This document shows positions 61,601 through 64,000 of a stretch of DNA of 64,000 nt, in pieces. The first letter of the stretch is position 1. Each line of letters begins with the position of its first letter. This stretch comes from Macrostomum lignano (Eukaryota): positions 20,590 to 84,589 of the forward strand of contig NIVC01000601.1 in assembly GCA_002269645.1 (NCBI GenBank), in the 5' to 3' direction. The notes beneath the pieces were generated by a model. It was given only the letters and a program-made list of their open reading frames with translations, was not told where the DNA came from and ran no database searches. A program made the translations under genes and the position numbers.

Positions 61601-64000
61601 CCCGCTGTAGCTGATCTCCTGCCAGAGTCCCGCTGTAGCTGATCTCCTGCCAGAGTCCCTCTGTAGCTGATCTCCTGCCAGAGTCCCGCTGTAGCTGATC
61701 TCTGCCAGAGTCCCGCTGTAGCTGATCTCCTGCCAGAGTCCCGCTGTAGCTGACCTGCCAGAGTCCCGCTGTAGCTGATCTTCTGCCAGAGTCCCGCTGT
61801 AGCTGATCTCCTGCCAGAGTCCCGCTGTAGCTGATCTCTGCCAGAGTCCCGCTGTAGCTGATCTCCTGCCAGAGTCCCGCTGTAGCTGATCTTCTGCCAG
61901 AGTCCCGCTGTAGCTGATCTCCTGCCAGAGTCCCGCTGTAGCTGATCTCCTGCCAGAGTCCCGCTGTAGCTGACCTGCCAGAGTCCCGCTGTAGCTGATC
62001 TCCTGCCAGAGTCCCGCTGTAGCTGATCTCCTGCCAGAGTCCCGCTGTAGCTGATCTCTGCCAGAGTCCCGCTGTAGCTGATCTCCTGCCAGAGTCCCGC
62101 TGTAGCTGACCTGCCAGAGTCCCGCTGTAGCTGACCTGCCAGAGTCCCGCTGTAGCTGACCTGCCAGAGTCCCGCTGTAGCTGACCTGCCAGAGTCCCGC
62201 TGTAGCTGACCTCCTGCCAGAGTCCCGCTGTAGCTGACCTGCCAGAGTCCCGCTGTAGCTGATATCCTGCTGCCAGAGTCCCGCTGTAGCTGATCTCTGC
62301 CAGAGTCCCGCTGTAGCTGATCTCCTGCCAGAGTCCCGCTGTAGCTGATCTCCTGCCAGAGTCCCGCTGTAGCTGATCTCTGCCAGAGTCCCGCTGTAGC
62401 TGATCTCCTGCCAGAGTCCCGCTGTAGCTGATCTCCTGCCAGAGTCCCGCTGTAGCTGATCTTCTGCCAGAGTCCCGCTGTAGCTGACCTGCCAGAGTCC
62501 CGCTGTAGCTGATCTCCTGCCAGAGTCCCGCTGTAGCTGATCTCCTGCCAGAGTCCCGCTGTAGCTGATCTCCTGCCAGAGTCCCGCTGTAGCTGATCTC
62601 CTGCCAGAGTCCCGCTGTAGCTGATCTCCTGCCAGAGTCCCGCTGTAGCTGATCTTCTGCCAGAGTCCCGCTGTAGCTGATCTCCTGCCAGAGTCCCGCT
62701 GTAGCTGATCTTCTGCCAGAGTCCCGCTGTAGCTGACCTGCCAGAGTCCCGCTGTAGCTGATCTCCTGCCAGAGTCCCGCTGTAGCTGATCTCTGCCAGA
62801 GTCCCGCTGTAGCTGATCTCCTGCCAGAGTCCCGCTGTAGCTGACCTGCCAGAGTCCCGCTGTAGCTGATCTCTGCCAGAGTCCCGCTGTAGCTGATCTC
62901 CTGCCAGAGTCCCGCTGTAGCTGATCTCTGCCAGAGTCCCGCTGTAGCTGATCTCCTGCCAGAGTCCCGCTGTAGCTGATCTCCTGCCAGAGTCCCGCTG
63001 TAGCTGATCTCCTGCCAGAGTCCCGCTGTAGCTGATCTCCTGCCAGAGTCCCGCTGTAGCTGATCTCCTGCCAGAGTCCCGCTGTAGCTGATCCTGCCAG
63101 AGTCCCGCTGTAGCTGATCTCTGCCAGAGTCCCGCTGTAGCTGATCTCCTGCCAGAGTCCCGCTGTAGCTGATCTCTGCCAGAGTCCCGCTGTAGCTGAT
63201 CTCCTGCCAGAGTCCCGCTGTAGCTGACCTGCCAGAGTCCCGCTGTAGCTGATCCTGCCAGAGTCCCGCTGTAGCTGACCTGCCAGAGTCCCGCTGTAGC
63301 TGACCTGCCAGAGTCCCGCTGTAGCTGACTCCTGCCAGAGTCCCGCTGTAGCTGATCTCCTGCCAGAGTCCCGCTGTAGCTGATCTCCTGCCAGAGTCCC
63401 GCTGTAGCTGATCTCCTGCCAGAGTCCCGCTGTAGCTGATCTCCTGGCCAGAGTCCCGCTGTAGCTGATCTCCTGCCAGAGTCCCGCTGTAGCTGATCTC
63501 TGCCAGAGTCCCGCTGTAGCTGATCTCCTGCCAGAGTCCCGCTGTAGCTGATCTCCTGCCAGAGTCCCGCTGTAGCTGATCTCCTGCCAGAGTCCCGCTG
63601 TAGCTGATCTCTGCCAGAGTCCCGCTGTAGCTGATCTCCTGCCAGAGTCCCGCTGTAGCTGATCTCCTGCCAGAGTCCCGCTGTAGCTGATTCTGCCAGA
63701 GTCCCGCTGTAGCTGATCTCCTGCCAGAGTCCCGCTGTAGCTGATCCTGCCAGAGTCCCGCTGTAGCTGATCTCCTGCCAGAGTCCCGCTGTAGCTGATC
63801 TCCTGCCAGAGTCCCGCTGTAGCTGATCTCTGCCAGAGTCCCGCTGTAGCTGATCCTGCCAGAGTCCCGCTGTAGCTGATCTCTGCCAGAGTCCCGCTGT
63901 AGCTGATCTCCTGCCAGAGTCCCGCTGTAGCTGATCTCCTGCCAGAGTCCCGCTGTAGCTGATCCTGCCAGGAGTCCCGCTGTAGCTGATCTCCTGCCAG
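58605..64000. repeat. 24-30-bp (mode 28) satellite (ctgtagctgatctcctgccagagtcccg), >5.4 kb, runs off the window
   Basis: About 195 tandem units with a few recurrent length variants. Confidence 0.98.

Overview
Eukaryotic (metazoan invertebrate) genomic DNA with GT-AG introns and GC-rich exons. Most introns and spacers are filled with micro- and minisatellites. The style resembles a free-living flatworm such as Macrostomum, but this is inference only. Left to right: (1) the endonuclease end of a non-LTR retrotransposon (-); (2) an intronless 1152-aa gene whose N-terminus aligns by eye with vertebrate IFIT antiviral RNA sensors, extended by more TPR-like helices, a possible HEPN-like domain and a 15x GGSEHFRGR tail (+); (3) tRNA-derived SINEs; (4) two uncharacterised spliced genes (-); (5) a calmodulin-like gene (-); (6) a divergent Tudor-SN/SND1-like gene (+) whose first intron is strongly CpG-depleted; (7) AMP deaminase (+); (8) an NR1-type nuclear receptor with an altered second zinc finger and two helix 3-4 LBD signatures (+); (9) a >5.4 kb satellite running off the right edge. 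Five -1 frameshifts in otherwise coherent coding sequence suggest long-read consensus errors. No rRNA, true tRNA or CRISPR array was found. The best candidate for a new system is the IFIT-like sensor fused to a putative effector domain and RGG tail. All alignments and counts were done by eye; no searches were run.
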